Counted from the first letter of the stretch, positions 1 to 10,659 are shown. The stretch is 64,000 nt of DNA from an uncultured Bacilli bacterium (GCA_944350385.1 CALVOV010000006.1:3213-67212), one strand, 5' to 3'. A program made the numbers and translations. The notes: generated from the letters alone by a model not told the origin.

Positions 1-826
1 TGTGACAGAAAGTAGCTCCAGTAACACCAGATACTTCAGCTAATTTTTTATCAAGTCCAGCCCACTCTTCTGGAAAAGCAATTCTTTCTGTATGATCTTC
101 TGCTGACTGATATATTGTTTTAGCTGCATAACCACCACGATTAGATGGATATATTACAAAATATATTTCTTTATTTGTATCGTAGCTATATATAGTATCT
201 TCGTATGGCATAAATTCATCTAGTTCTAAATAATGTTTTTCAATTGCTTCTGGTATTTTTGGCTCCAATATTTTTCGTGCTTTGATTCTACCATTTACAT
301 TAATTATTTCTTCTGAAAATATTTTTATCGCAACATCTACTGCTTTTAAAAATTGTGAAGATTCATCTTCTAAACTACCATAGCTAGGATTAAATAATTT
401 TATAATGTCACATAAATTTCTAATTTTAAATGTAGCTTCTACTTTGGGAAAGATACCATTATCTATAGCATCAATTCCTTCTATAAAATCTCTGTCTATC
501 TCATTAAATACTTCATCGACATCCGATATATTTAGTTCTTTTAAATATTCTTTTCCAAAGTCATTCCATAATAATCCAAAGGAACAATATGGAATACCAT
601 TATCACGTATTTTTCTATCTTTTTGATGGTGATCATATTTTCCTCTACCAACATCATAAACAAGTACATTCTTATATTCTTCTGGATTTATTTCAGTTGT
701 ACGAAACAATTTTATATTATTTTTATATAGACTTAAGAAAGCAGTAGCAAATACTTCATCTGCATGCATTGTTCCACTATGAGTTATATATTCTGCCTCT
801 TCTATTTTTTCTACTAATTTTATCAT
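1..826 (-). CDS. MYG1-family (UPF0160) metal-dependent hydrolase/exonuclease, 3' end runs off the window
   Basis: Absent from the ORF track; translated by hand. ATG at 826 follows an AGGAGG RBS and reads MIKLVEKIEEAEYITHSGTMHADEVFATA...YDVGRGKYDHHQ...GATFCH, matching the MYG1 motifs TH..H.DE, DVG..YDHHQ and F.H. Confidence 0.88.
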   Translation of the reverse strand, partial: MIKLVEKIEEAEYITHSGTMHADEVFATAFLSLYKNNIKLFRTTEINPEEYKNVLVYDVGRGKYDHHQKDRKIRDNGIPYCSFGLLWNDFGKEYLKELNISDVDEVFNEIDRDFIEGIDAIDNGIFPKVEATFKIRNLCDIIKLFNPSYGSLEDESSQFLKAVDVAIKIFSEEIINVNGRIKARKILEPKIPEAIEKHYLELDEFMPYEDTIYSYDTNKEIYFVIYPSNRGGYAAKTIYQSAEDHTERIAFPEEWAGLDKKLAEVSGVTGATFCH

Positions 827-843
827 TGTTACCTCCTTTTTTA

Positions 844-2127
844 CTAGCTAACTATATTTATAAATGATTGTAAGCTTGTTGATGCCATGATTGGGTATCT
901 TGGAATACGCCATTTATCAGAACTTCTAGTAGCTTTTGCATTTCCACCAATAAAAGCTAAGTCAAATCCTAAACTCTTAACAAGATTAACTGTTCTATTA
1001 TCATAAGCATAGAATGGAAAACAATAAGCTAATTTTGATCCAATAACATCAATTGATTTTTGAAGGTCAGCTCTTATTTGCTCATCACTTTGACATAACA
1101 TTCTGGCACCTCGATATACTCCTTGACACCAACTCTCATTATGCATATCGTTAGAATGTGATTCAATATCTAAATAAGGAGAACGATAATTTTCAATATC
1201 CCACCAACTAGTAATTAAAAATAAAGTAGCATGCATTTGATATTCTTCTAGAATTGGTATTAATTTATTGCCATTATGTTTACCTGTTCCCATAGCACCA
1301 TCATCAATAGTAATTAAAACTGATTTCTCAGGAATTTCTGTTACTCCATACATCCAATCTCTGAATTCTTTCATAGTTAAGGTTTTATAATTATTTTGTT
1401 TTAGGTAATCTAATTGAGCTCTAAAATCCTTAACGTCTTCACAAATACCTTCATTACAAACTTCCCCAATCGACGGATCATAGAAAAAATGATAATTTAA
1501 AACTGCAACTTTAGTTTCTGTCTTTGGTTTTGCAATAACATTTACTTTTCTAGATATAGTTATCGTATTATTGCTAGAATCACTAACAGTATAGTCTACT
1601 TTATATTCTCCTATTTTGCTAGTATCAATATTGTTGGTTACTTTGACATTAGAAGTTATATCGCCATCATAATTATCTTTTGCTGAGTAACCGGGTTCAG
1701 TATATTGACTCCCAACTACTAAGTTAATATCTGAACTTACTAAATTTATTGTTGGTTTAGTGGTATCTATTACTTTAACTTTTCTTTTAATTTTCTTTTC
1801 AATTCCTTTATATTTAACTGTATAAGTTATTTCATATATTCCTATTTTATTGTTATCGACCTTTCCAGTTACTTTAATATCAGAAAGTTTTTCATTGTCA
1901 TAACTAGCAGTTACTCCTTGATCTTGATATTCTGAACCAACTTCAACAATCGTTGTTTTGTCCCCATTTATTTTTATATTCAAGTTGTTTGATAAACCAT
2001 GAATATTAATATATAAAATACTGCCTATTCCAATTAGAATTATTAAAATACTGATTACTATTATAATTACTTTTACTTTCTTATTTTTTAATATTGTCCT
2101 TTTTTTTACCTTCACTATACTCACCAA
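844..2127 (-). CDS. Membrane-anchored polysaccharide deacetylase (NodB/CE4, IcaB-like) with two DUF5011 Ig-like repeats
   Basis: N-terminal TM helix; two 'G..Y.D.G..A.D..DGD' Ig repeats; LNYH, ITIDDG, ATLFLIT, IESHS..MH and CFPF motifs. The true start may be GTG at 2115 (GGTGAG RBS). Confidence 0.85.
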   Translation of the reverse strand: MVSIVKVKKRTILKNKKVKVIIIVISILIILIGIGSILYINIHGLSNNLNIKINGDKTTIVEVGSEYQDQGVTASYDNEKLSDIKVTGKVDNNKIGIYEITYTVKYKGIEKKIKRKVKVIDTTKPTINLVSSDINLVVGSQYTEPGYSAKDNYDGDITSNVKVTNNIDTSKIGEYKVDYTVSDSSNNTITISRKVNVIAKPKTETKVAVLNYHFFYDPSIGEVCNEGICEDVKDFRAQLDYLKQNNYKTLTMKEFRDWMYGVTEIPEKSVLITIDDGAMGTGKHNGNKLIPILEEYQMHATLFLITSWWDIENYRSPYLDIESHSNDMHNESWCQGVYRGARMLCQSDEQIRADLQKSIDVIGSKLAYCFPFYAYDNRTVNLVKSLGFDLAFIGGNAKATRSSDKWRIPRYPIMASTSLQSFINIVS

Positions 2128-2151
2128 TTTAAGTATATCATATTTGTTTTT

Positions 2152-3723
2152 TTAGTAATATTTTTTTGCTATTTTTTCTGCTACTTTTATTCCGTCCGCA
2201 GCAGATGTCGTAATTCCTCCAGCATAGCCTGCTCCTTCACCGCAAGGATAAATTCCTTTAATATTAGATTCTAGTTCATCATTTCTTAAAATACGAACGG
2301 GTGAAGAAGTTCTAGATTCTACTCCTAGAAGGAGACAATCATCACGATTGTAACCATTTATTTTCTTACCAAAGTTTTCAATAGCTTCTTTTAAAGAAAA
2401 ATTAATATATTCTGGAAATATTTCATTTAAGTTACTTAAAGTATAGTTGCCTTTAACTATTGGTAAAACGTTTCCTAATTTTTCGGTTTTTACATTGTTC
2501 TTATAGTCAATATAGGTTTGTAGAGGAATATTCCCTTTACCAATTTTATAAGCCTTTTCTTCTAATTCTCTTTGAAATTTTATTCCATCTAGAGGATTAT
2601 TACCGAAATCTTTAGGAGTTACTGTTACTACTAAAGCGCTATTAGCATTAGCACTTTCACGGGCATAATTACTCATACCATTTACTACTAAACGATTTTT
2701 TTCACTTGATGAGTTAATGACATATCCGCCTGGGCACATACAAAATGAATAAATACCACGATTATTAGCTTGATATGTCAATTTATAAGAGGCTGGTGTT
2801 AAGTATGGAGATGCTTCCATTCCATATTGACTTTTATTTATCATTTTTTGTGGATGCTCAATCCTTATACCAACAGCAAAGGATTTTGGTTGCATATCTA
2901 ATTTATTTTTTAGAAGCATTTCAAAAGTATCTCTAGCACTATGTCCAATTGCTAAAACTAATATATTACAAGGAATTTTTATAATATTATTTACTTCAAT
3001 GCTAGTTACTTTATTATTATTTATTTCAATATTAGTTAATTTGGTATTATATCTAATTTCTCCACCCCAATTTAGTATTCTTTCACGAATATTTTTAATA
3101 ACTACTCTCAATATATCTGTCCCAATATGTGGCTTTGCCTCATAAAGAATTTCTTCTGGTGCTCCATTTTCTACAAATATTTCTAGTACTTTTTTTATTC
3201 TATTTTCCTTATCTTTAATAGAGGTATTTAATTTACCATCTGAAAAAGTTCCTGCTCCTCCTTCACCAAACTGTACATTGGATTCTGGATTTAATTTGTT
3301 ATTTTGCCAAAATTCTTCAATTGTTTTTACTCTATCTTCAACCTTTTCTCCTCTTTCGATAATTAAGGGATTAAAACCATATTCAGCTAAAAGATAAGCA
3401 CAATAAAGTCCTGCTGGACCTGAACCAACAATAATTGGTCTTTCTTTACTAGTTGTTTTATTTGAAATAACAAATTTATATTCTTCACTTGGTGACAATA
3501 AAATATCTTTAGAATGACATCTTCTAAGTGTTTTTTGTTCATTTTTTACTTCAACATCTAGTTCATAAACAAATAATAAATTCTTTTTTTCACGAGCATC
3601 TATTGATTTTTTGACTATTCTTATTTTTATAATATCATCTAGTGATATATTTAATATTTTAGCTACTTTTTTTGATAATTCATCGCTTGAGATTGGTAAT
3701 TTTACTTGTCTAATTCTAATCAT
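2152..3723 (-). CDS. FAD-dependent dehydrogenase/oxidoreductase (COG2509-type)
   Basis: GSGPAG dinucleotide motif, GEGGAGTFSDGKL, FCMCPGG and C-terminal GEGAGYAGGI. Confidence 0.88.
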   Translation of the reverse strand: MIRIRQVKLPISSDELSKKVAKILNISLDDIIKIRIVKKSIDAREKKNLLFVYELDVEVKNEQKTLRRCHSKDILLSPSEEYKFVISNKTTSKERPIIVGSGPAGLYCAYLLAEYGFNPLIIERGEKVEDRVKTIEEFWQNNKLNPESNVQFGEGGAGTFSDGKLNTSIKDKENRIKKVLEIFVENGAPEEILYEAKPHIGTDILRVVIKNIRERILNWGGEIRYNTKLTNIEINNNKVTSIEVNNIIKIPCNILVLAIGHSARDTFEMLLKNKLDMQPKSFAVGIRIEHPQKMINKSQYGMEASPYLTPASYKLTYQANNRGIYSFCMCPGGYVINSSSEKNRLVVNGMSNYARESANANSALVVTVTPKDFGNNPLDGIKFQRELEEKAYKIGKGNIPLQTYIDYKNNVKTEKLGNVLPIVKGNYTLSNLNEIFPEYINFSLKEAIENFGKKINGYNRDDCLLLGVESRTSSPVRILRNDELESNIKGIYPCGEGAGYAGGITTSAADGIKVAEKIAKKYY

Positions 3724-4912
3724 TTGCTTCTCCTATTGTCATACCTGCAACTATGCCACTTCTCCATGCAATTCCTAGATTATATCCACCACAATCACCT
3801 GTTAAATCTAATAATTCGCCAATTATATATAGATTTGGAATTATTTTAGATTCCATAGTATCTAAATTTATTTCTTCTAAATAAACTCCTCCTGATGTTA
3901 CTTGGGCTTCTTCAAATGTTTTAGTTGCTACTACCTCTACTTTAAAAGATTTTAATAATTCTATTAATTTTTTCTTTTTATTATATTCTAATGAACTCCA
4001 AAGTTCTTGTTTTAAATTTGCTTCTTCTAAAATTATTTCAACTAATTTAGCATTTAATAAACAGTCTAATATTCTTTTAATGGATTTGTTTTTGTTTAAT
4101 ATTTTATCTAGTTTTTGATTATCTATTGTTGGCAAAAAATCTATTTTTATTATTTCTTCTTTTTTTTCTGCTAAACCACGTGCCACTTTATTTGATAAAT
4201 TAAAGATACAAATACCACTTATACCATAATTGGTTAATTGTATTTCTCCAACTTCTTCTTTTAATATATTTCCATTTTCTATTAAAGTTACTTTAGCATC
4301 TGTTCTAATTCCTTGCCATTTTTTTAAAAATAAATAATTTTTAGTGATTAATGGTACTAAAGCTGGCAGTGGTTTTCTTAGATGATGATTGAATTGTTTT
4401 AAAAAATCATAGCCTATACCTGTAGATCCTGTTTTAGGAGCTGCAAAAGAACCAGTTGACAATACTATTTTATCAAAGAGCAATTCATTATTAATCAAAA
4501 ATTTATTATGTTTTAATTGGATATTTTTAACTAAATAATTGTTTTTTATTTTTACTTTTTTATCAAGTACTTCTTCTATTAAAACATTTCTAATGGTCAA
4601 AGATTGATTAGAATTAGGATAATAACAACCATTTTTTATTTTAGGAATAATTCCTATTTCATCAAAAAAGTCTTGAACGTATTTTTCTGTTTTTTCATTA
4701 ATTAATCCACTAATTTGGTTAGGTGTAGATGATTCGTAATGCAATAGATCTTGATTATTATTCCAATAATTACATCTGCCATTACCTGTTGCTAATATCT
4801 TTTTACCACATTCAGGATTTCTTTCTAGTATTATTACTTCATTATCATTATTTTTAGATTTAATAGCACAGACTAAACCTGCTGCTCCTCCACCTATAAT
4901 TCCTATCTTCAT
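3716..4912 (-). CDS. HI0933/YhiN-family flavoprotein
   Basis: GGGAAG, GKKILATGNGRCN, AQVTSGGV and GDCGGYNL motifs; overlaps the next gene (operon). Confidence 0.9.
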   Translation of the reverse strand: MKIGIIGGGAAGLVCAIKSKNNDNEVIILERNPECGKKILATGNGRCNYWNNNQDLLHYESSTPNQISGLINEKTEKYVQDFFDEIGIIPKIKNGCYYPNSNQSLTIRNVLIEEVLDKKVKIKNNYLVKNIQLKHNKFLINNELLFDKIVLSTGSFAAPKTGSTGIGYDFLKQFNHHLRKPLPALVPLITKNYLFLKKWQGIRTDAKVTLIENGNILKEEVGEIQLTNYGISGICIFNLSNKVARGLAEKKEEIIKIDFLPTIDNQKLDKILNKNKSIKRILDCLLNAKLVEIILEEANLKQELWSSLEYNKKKKLIELLKSFKVEVVATKTFEEAQVTSGGVYLEEINLDTMESKIIPNLYIIGELLDLTGDCGGYNLGIAWRSGIVAGMTIGEAND

Positions 4913-4939
4913 ACTACCACTTCCCTTGTTATTATAACA

Positions 4940-5845
4940 TTATTTCTTTTTCTGATAAATTAAGATACTATCATTTAATTCTCCTTCACAGCAATATTTA
5001 AAATTTTCTACTCCAATAAATGTTTTTAATTCAGCACATTCAAAAATACGTAAAGTATTTTTGAGATTATATATCTTACTATAATTTTCGTTATAATTAG
5101 AATGTTTATCTGTTTGATATAGATATGATATTAATATTTTTCCATCTATATTTAATTTTGTTTTTAATTTTTCAAACAATTCAAAAGTATCAAAAACATT
5201 ATTATAGTCAGCAATATTAGATAAGAAAATATTATCATAATTTTTGTTTAAATGATATTTATAAATATCTTTTATTAAAAATGTTGGTTTAAGATTACTA
5301 ATTTTACTTTTTAATTTATTATAATTTTCTTCACTTGTTAGATATTTGTTATAATTTTTTATCTCTAATAACTTAGGAGTATCAGAGTGAAATAAGAATC
5401 TTTTAATTTTTCCTATCTTTTCTGTTTCCAATAATGTCTCCCAAAATATTTTTGATGAATCATCTTCCATTTTGTTAAGTATTTTCTTAAAAACTTTTTT
5501 ATTGTACGCCTTGGAGTTTTCAAAGAAAAAGCCCTGCATTGACATAAACTTAAAAAAATCTTTATAATCTAGTTCTTCAATAGCAGATTTTTTTAAATAA
5601 AAGAACTCTTTAATAAATGGATTGATATCTAATAAAGTAATATCTGAACATCCTAGCATATAAGCATTTAATACTTGATCCGAAGAGGAACCAACTGTTA
5701 ATAGTGATTTGTTCTCTAAGATAAATTCGTTTAGATAGCCACTTATATTTTCTGTTGTGAAAGGATAAATTTTAATAAAAAAATTATTATAGTCTGGATT
5801 TTTAATATAATTTTTAGCAAAAGCTATTTTTTCTTGTTGAGTCAT
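4940..5845 (-). CDS. DUF3419/BtaA-like SAM-dependent transferase-fold protein
   Basis: LTVGSSSDQVLN..L....ITLLDINP and YDNIFLSNI resemble class I SAM-binding motifs of DUF3419 proteins. Confidence 0.55.
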   Translation of the reverse strand: MTQQEKIAFAKNYIKNPDYNNFFIKIYPFTTENISGYLNEFILENKSLLTVGSSSDQVLNAYMLGCSDITLLDINPFIKEFFYLKKSAIEELDYKDFFKFMSMQGFFFENSKAYNKKVFKKILNKMEDDSSKIFWETLLETEKIGKIKRFLFHSDTPKLLEIKNYNKYLTSEENYNKLKSKISNLKPTFLIKDIYKYHLNKNYDNIFLSNIADYNNVFDTFELFEKLKTKLNIDGKILISYLYQTDKHSNYNENYSKIYNLKNTLRIFECAELKTFIGVENFKYCCEGELNDSILIYQKKK

Positions 5846-6027
5846 AATTACTCCCTTTCTTTAGATTGCTTATTATATCATATTTTTAACTTTTTTAAAA
5901 TATTGAGAAAATTTTTAATAGAAGTTAAGAAATTTTAATGATTTTTTTAATAACTTATATTAAAAATATTATATCTGAAATTCAATCATTTAATTTTATT
6001 AATATCATTATTCTCTATAAAATATGT

Positions 6028-6054
6028 AAAAAAAAAAGAATCTTTAGATTCTTT
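6028..6054 (-). terminator. Intrinsic terminator after the P-type ATPase
   Basis: AAAGAATC-ttta-GATTCTTT hairpin followed by a long T run on the minus strand. Confidence 0.7.
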
Positions 6055-8521
6055 ACTTTTTTATTATTTTTAGTATATCAAAAGGAATTATTGCGACTAT
6101 AGCAATTGAAATAGCAAGTAACAATTCTTTTAATGATAATGATGTTGTTCCTACTAGCTCTCTTAAGAATGGTACATATATTAATAATAATAAGATTAAT
6201 ACTATGATACAATTTATTAAACAAATTATCTTATCTTTGAAATCAATAATAAAGTTTTTAATCGCTAATTCATCAGATTGTAGAACATAAACTACTATAA
6301 CGTTAGATAAAACTAGAGTTGCAAAAGAAAATGTCGTAGAAAATGTTTGAGTTGCACCAATCTTCAATAAATAGTAATAACTTCCAAAGAATGCTAAGAA
6401 AATAATTGAGCCTTGTAGTATGCTTTTAAAAACAATCGCCTTATTAATGATTGAATCATCAATTTTTCTTGGTTTTTCGTGCATGACATTTTTATCTGGT
6501 TTTAGGTGCTGGAAGATTATTGATGATGTTGGGTCTATTATTAATTCTAATAAAACTACATGTATTGGTAATAATAAAGCTGGTAGGTTAAACAGTGGAA
6601 CAAAAAGAGCAGCAAAAGCAATTGGAATATGGATAACTAATATATAAGCTATCGCTTTTTTAATATTACTATAAATAGTACGACCATTTTTAATTGCATC
6701 AACAATTGTATTAAAATTATCATCCATTAAAATCATATCAGCTGCTTCTTTAGCTACGTTGGTACCCCTCTGTCCCATTGCAACGCCAATTTCAGCTTTT
6801 TTAAGTGCTGGAGCATCATTCACTCCATCACCTGTCATGGCAACTACATCACCATTTTCTTGAAGAGCTTTTACAATTCGCATTTTATGATTTGGATAAA
6901 CTCTGGCAAAGATATTCGTATCTTTAACCTTTTCTTTTAATTCTTCATCACTCATTTTTTCTAGTTCAATACCTGTTATAACATTCTCGTTATGTTGAAG
7001 TCCTATTTGACTGGCAATTCCTTTTGCTGTTTTGCCGTTATCACCAGTTATCATAATTATTCTAACTCCAGCGTTGTAACATGATTTAACAGATTCTTTT
7101 ACTCCCCATCTTGGTGGATCAACTAAAGCAATTAAGCCAACAAATTCTAATTTGTTTTCCTTTAATTTTTTTGGAATATCTTTGATGTTATTTTTCTTAG
7201 CGACAGCTAAAACACGATAACCTAAATCAGCATATTTCTCTAATTGTTTTAATATTTCTTTTTCTTCCTGTGAGGATATTTTGCATAATGGAGCGACACT
7301 TTCATAAGCACCTTTAACGCATAATAAATTCTTATCATCAATATTCCAAATTTGCCCCATCATTTTATCTTCATTATTAAATATGTATTCATGGACTAAG
7401 TCATAGGTATAAATTTTCTTTGTTAGTCCTTTCTTAATTACATAATCTTGAATAGCAATTTCCATTGGATCATATGGATCTTTTGGACAAGCAAGTAAAG
7501 CTATTTCTAGAAAATCTGCTGTTAAACTATAGGTATCTTCAACAGTCATTTTATTTTGAGTTAATGTACCTGTTTTATCTGTACATAATACTGTTACTGC
7601 TCCTAGTGTCTCAACAGCTTTCATATTTCTAGTAAGAGTCTTTTTCTTAGCTAGTCCCCAAGCTCCCATTGCTAAGAAAACAGTTAAAACAACAGGTATT
7701 TCTTCTGGAATTGTTGCCATAGCAACTGTTATTCCAGATAATATTGATTTGATTATACGATCTTGCAATAATAAATCACTATTATGAAGAAAATTAATAA
7801 TTATTACTGCAATAAAGAAAGATAAGCTAATTACAGTACAAATAACAACTAATTTATTTATCTGCTTCTCAAGAGGAGTCTTTTCTTTAGTTATGGAATT
7901 TAGAGCTGTACCTATTTTTCCATATTCTGTATTAACACCGACAGCTGTTACTTTAATCATTGCCGATCCATTGGTAACATCTGTTCCTGAATAACACATA
8001 TTAAGTTTAAAATGATTACTACTATCGTCTATTAATTTCTTATGTACTACTTCTGATTCTCCAGTTAGGGCTGATTCATTTATACCTAATCCTTGACTTT
8101 CTAAAATAATACCATCAGCTGATATTTTATCTCCTTCTTCTAATAAAACAAGATCACCTACTACAATATCTTTACTATCAATAATAGAGATTTTACCATT
8201 TCTTATTACTTTAACATTTAGTGATGATAAGATATTTAATTCTTCTAAAGCTTTATCCGTTTTTTGTTCTTGAACAAATTCTATTCCACTAATAAATAAA
8301 ATAAAACAAAGCATAATTATACCATCACTTGCTTCTCCTAAAACAAAATATATACTAGCGGTAATGAACAAAAGTAAAAACATTGGTTCAGTAAATACAT
8401 GCAAGATTTTTTGAAGAAAATTTTCTTTCTTCTTTTTTTCTAATTCATTAGAACCATTCTTTTCTCTTGACTCTAATACTTCTTTTTCTGTTAATCCACT
8501 ATACTTTTCATTTTTTTTCAT
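6053..8521 (-). CDS. P2-type cation-transporting ATPase (PEEIP subgroup)
   Basis: TGES, PEEIP, DKTGTLT, KGAYE, MITGDN and MTGDGVNDAPAL motifs; about 10 TM helices; no CPC motif. Confidence 0.92.
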   Translation of the reverse strand: MKKNEKYSGLTEKEVLESREKNGSNELEKKKKENFLQKILHVFTEPMFLLLFITASIYFVLGEASDGIIMLCFILFISGIEFVQEQKTDKALEELNILSSLNVKVIRNGKISIIDSKDIVVGDLVLLEEGDKISADGIILESQGLGINESALTGESEVVHKKLIDDSSNHFKLNMCYSGTDVTNGSAMIKVTAVGVNTEYGKIGTALNSITKEKTPLEKQINKLVVICTVISLSFFIAVIIINFLHNSDLLLQDRIIKSILSGITVAMATIPEEIPVVLTVFLAMGAWGLAKKKTLTRNMKAVETLGAVTVLCTDKTGTLTQNKMTVEDTYSLTADFLEIALLACPKDPYDPMEIAIQDYVIKKGLTKKIYTYDLVHEYIFNNEDKMMGQIWNIDDKNLLCVKGAYESVAPLCKISSQEEKEILKQLEKYADLGYRVLAVAKKNNIKDIPKKLKENKLEFVGLIALVDPPRWGVKESVKSCYNAGVRIIMITGDNGKTAKGIASQIGLQHNENVITGIELEKMSDEELKEKVKDTNIFARVYPNHKMRIVKALQENGDVVAMTGDGVNDAPALKKAEIGVAMGQRGTNVAKEAADMILMDDNFNTIVDAIKNGRTIYSNIKKAIAYILVIHIPIAFAALFVPLFNLPALLLPIHVVLLELIIDPTSSIIFQHLKPDKNVMHEKPRKIDDSIINKAIVFKSILQGSIIFLAFFGSYYYLLKIGATQTFSTTFSFATLVLSNVIVVYVLQSDELAIKNFIIDFKDKIICLINCIIVLILLLLIYVPFLRELVGTTSLSLKELLLAISIAIVAIIPFDILKIIKK

Positions 8522-8536
8522 AATTAACCTCTTTTA

Positions 8537-8839
8537 TTAAAATTTATTTATAATTTCTTCCATATGATTGAAGCCATATTCCAGTATTACTATAACATGG
8601 TTGTCAGTAACACTATAAAAAACTGATTGACCTTTTTTTTCTTTTTTTACTAAGTCATATAATCTTAGTATTTTTAGTTGATGAGAAATAGCTGATTGAT
8701 TCATTTGCAACTGTTCACAAATTTCACTTACGCATTTTTCTCCATTTAATAATGTATATAAAATATTTAATCTAGTTGTGTCACCCAGTACTTTATAAAA
8801 TTCACTTAGTTTAGCAATAACTCTCTTCTTATTTTCCAT
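8537..8839 (-). CDS. ArsR/SmtB-family metal-sensing repressor with alpha5 site (CzrA-like)
   Basis: SAISHQLKILR wHTH; DNH-x10-HMEE matches the alpha5 DxH-x10-HxxE/H site. Confidence 0.88.
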   Translation of the reverse strand: MENKKRVIAKLSEFYKVLGDTTRLNILYTLLNGEKCVSEICEQLQMNQSAISHQLKILRLYDLVKKEKKGQSVFYSVTDNHVIVILEYGFNHMEEIINKF

Positions 8840-8857
8840 TTTAACCTTCTATTCTAT

Positions 8858-8910
8858 TATATTAATATTTGTTCATATATTCATTATATGTTTTTTTTAT
8901 TCATTGTCAA
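8858..8910 (-). promoter_or_regulatory. SigA promoter and CzrA/SmtB-type operator
   Basis: TTGACA (8910-8905), 16 nt, TATAAT (8888-8883). Immediately downstream is ATATATGAACAAATATTAATATA, an imperfect inverted repeat resembling the SmtB/CzrA box. Confidence 0.75.
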
Positions 8911-8979
8911 TAAATAATCATTCATAATATTTTATTTTTTTTATTAAAAATATTGACAAAAAAAAAGAAAATTTTTTTC

Positions 8980-9480
8980 TTAATTTTTATTAATTGATAA
9001 AGTGATTTGTACGTCTCCAATACCTAGTATGTATCTTAATTCTTCAGAAGTTACATTATCTATTTTACCTAATCTAGTATAGTTCCAACTATTAGATGCA
9101 TAATGAATAGTTAATTGATCTCCTTGATAGAGAATTAAGTCTCCTGCTGTTGTTGTAATATATTCATCTTCTGTTGGAAGGAAAAAGCCTATGGAACCTA
9201 CTTTTTCAAAGTTACCATATTCTTTCATTTCAATTGTTATATCATTTTTTAAAAGTTTTTTTATCAAATCATCAGTTGCTGAATTGTTAACTAATGTTAC
9301 TGGCAAAACATTATCATTTACTTTTAAATATATTTTCATATTATCACTACTTTCTATGTTAATTTGTTCGTTATTTTCTTGTTTAATATTTGTTTTTGCA
9401 TTTTGAATATTAAAATAAGTTATGAGTAAAATGGAAATGATTAATAATATTATAATTAAAATAATTAATCTTTTTTTCAT
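8980..9480 (-). CDS. Membrane-anchored cyclophilin-like fold protein
   Basis: N-terminal TM; MKEYGNFEKVG..LP...AGDLILYQGDQLTIHY...WNYTRLGKI signature. Confidence 0.8.
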   Translation of the reverse strand: MKKRLIILIIILLIISILLITYFNIQNAKTNIKQENNEQINIESSDNMKIYLKVNDNVLPVTLVNNSATDDLIKKLLKNDITIEMKEYGNFEKVGSIGFFLPTEDEYITTTAGDLILYQGDQLTIHYASNSWNYTRLGKIDNVTSEELRYILGIGDVQITLSINKN

Positions 9481-9585
9481 AATGTACCTCTTTTCTATAA
9501 TTTTTTTGATTATTTTATTTTTATATTGTTTTAGTGAATGTTTGTATAAATCAAAATAATAGGCTCTGTGATATTCTTAGTAAAA

Positions 9586-10659
9586 TTAGATAATTTTAAA
9601 ATTGAAACTTTTTTGATAATTCTCACGATGATAATATTCAACTTCCAATGTTGTTTTATTATAAATAATACTCCACTCAGTTACTGTTCCATCATTGTAA
9701 TTATGTTTACTAACACTATTTAAAGCATCTTTTAATTCATTACTTGATAATCTATCATTCTTTTCTAAGGTATCTTTTAATATTTGATAACGATTTTTAG
9801 ATTGAGAAGTTCCTATACCATATTTTTCTCCTTCTGCTAAATAAAAATTAGTTACTACATTATCTTCTATTACCTGCATTTCATTATTAACATATTCTAC
9901 TACTACCGACTTTCCAGTATTATCAGATAATACAAAGTGAACCATTAAATTCATTGATGAATGTACATCATATTTTTTTAATAATTCAATGGCTTCATCT
10001 ACTGTCGCTGCTTTATTTAGTAATAATCTAACAACGGTTGTTGTTGTTAAATCTGGTTTGTCTGTTTCTTGATTAATTATGTCTTCATCTTCTATCATGT
10101 TTACAGCTACAGCTAAACCTTTTTCATTCATTCCATCTAATGGAGCATATAAGGCCATTTGAATTTTTAGCTCATCAGGAAGGCTTTTGATAATATCGCT
10201 AAAACTAGCAATAAAGTCTAAATTGGCAGTTGAAATTGAAGAATAGCCAATATCAGGCTTAGATAAAATTATTAAAGCTTCACTATTCATCCAATCAAAA
10301 TTTCTACCAAAAAGATAATTGTCATTATCATCTTGAGTTGAAATAGTACTACAACCAAAAGCTTTAATTGCTCCTCCTAATGGAGCGTTTTGATATAAAA
10401 TATTTTGATATATAAATTCTGTTAATTTATAATCTGAAATGGCTCCTCCATTTTCTAAAAACTCTTCAAACAAATAATCACCTTCAAATTTTGCTACTGA
10501 AAGACCACTCTCTAATCTTTCAATACTATTATTTGCTGGATTAATTTCTAATGATCCTTTACGATTTCTTTCTTTAAAATAATCAAAGGAGAAGGTACTT
10601 ATAACGATTATAATTAATATTACAATAATTATTATTCTTTTTTTATTCATCACGAACAC
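9586..10659 (-). CDS. Ntn-hydrolase (linear amide C-N hydrolase/choloylglycine hydrolase or C45-like) with N-terminal anchor
   Basis: Internal G|CSTI nucleophile followed by FGRNFDW, DGMNEKGLAV and VVTNF. Confidence 0.8.
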   Translation of the reverse strand: MFVMNKKRIIIIVILIIIVISTFSFDYFKERNRKGSLEINPANNSIERLESGLSVAKFEGDYLFEEFLENGGAISDYKLTEFIYQNILYQNAPLGGAIKAFGCSTISTQDDNDNYLFGRNFDWMNSEALIILSKPDIGYSSISTANLDFIASFSDIIKSLPDELKIQMALYAPLDGMNEKGLAVAVNMIEDEDIINQETDKPDLTTTTVVRLLLNKAATVDEAIELLKKYDVHSSMNLMVHFVLSDNTGKSVVVEYVNNEMQVIEDNVVTNFYLAEGEKYGIGTSQSKNRYQILKDTLEKNDRLSSNELKDALNSVSKHNYNDGTVTEWSIIYNKTTLEVEYYHRENYQKSFNFKII

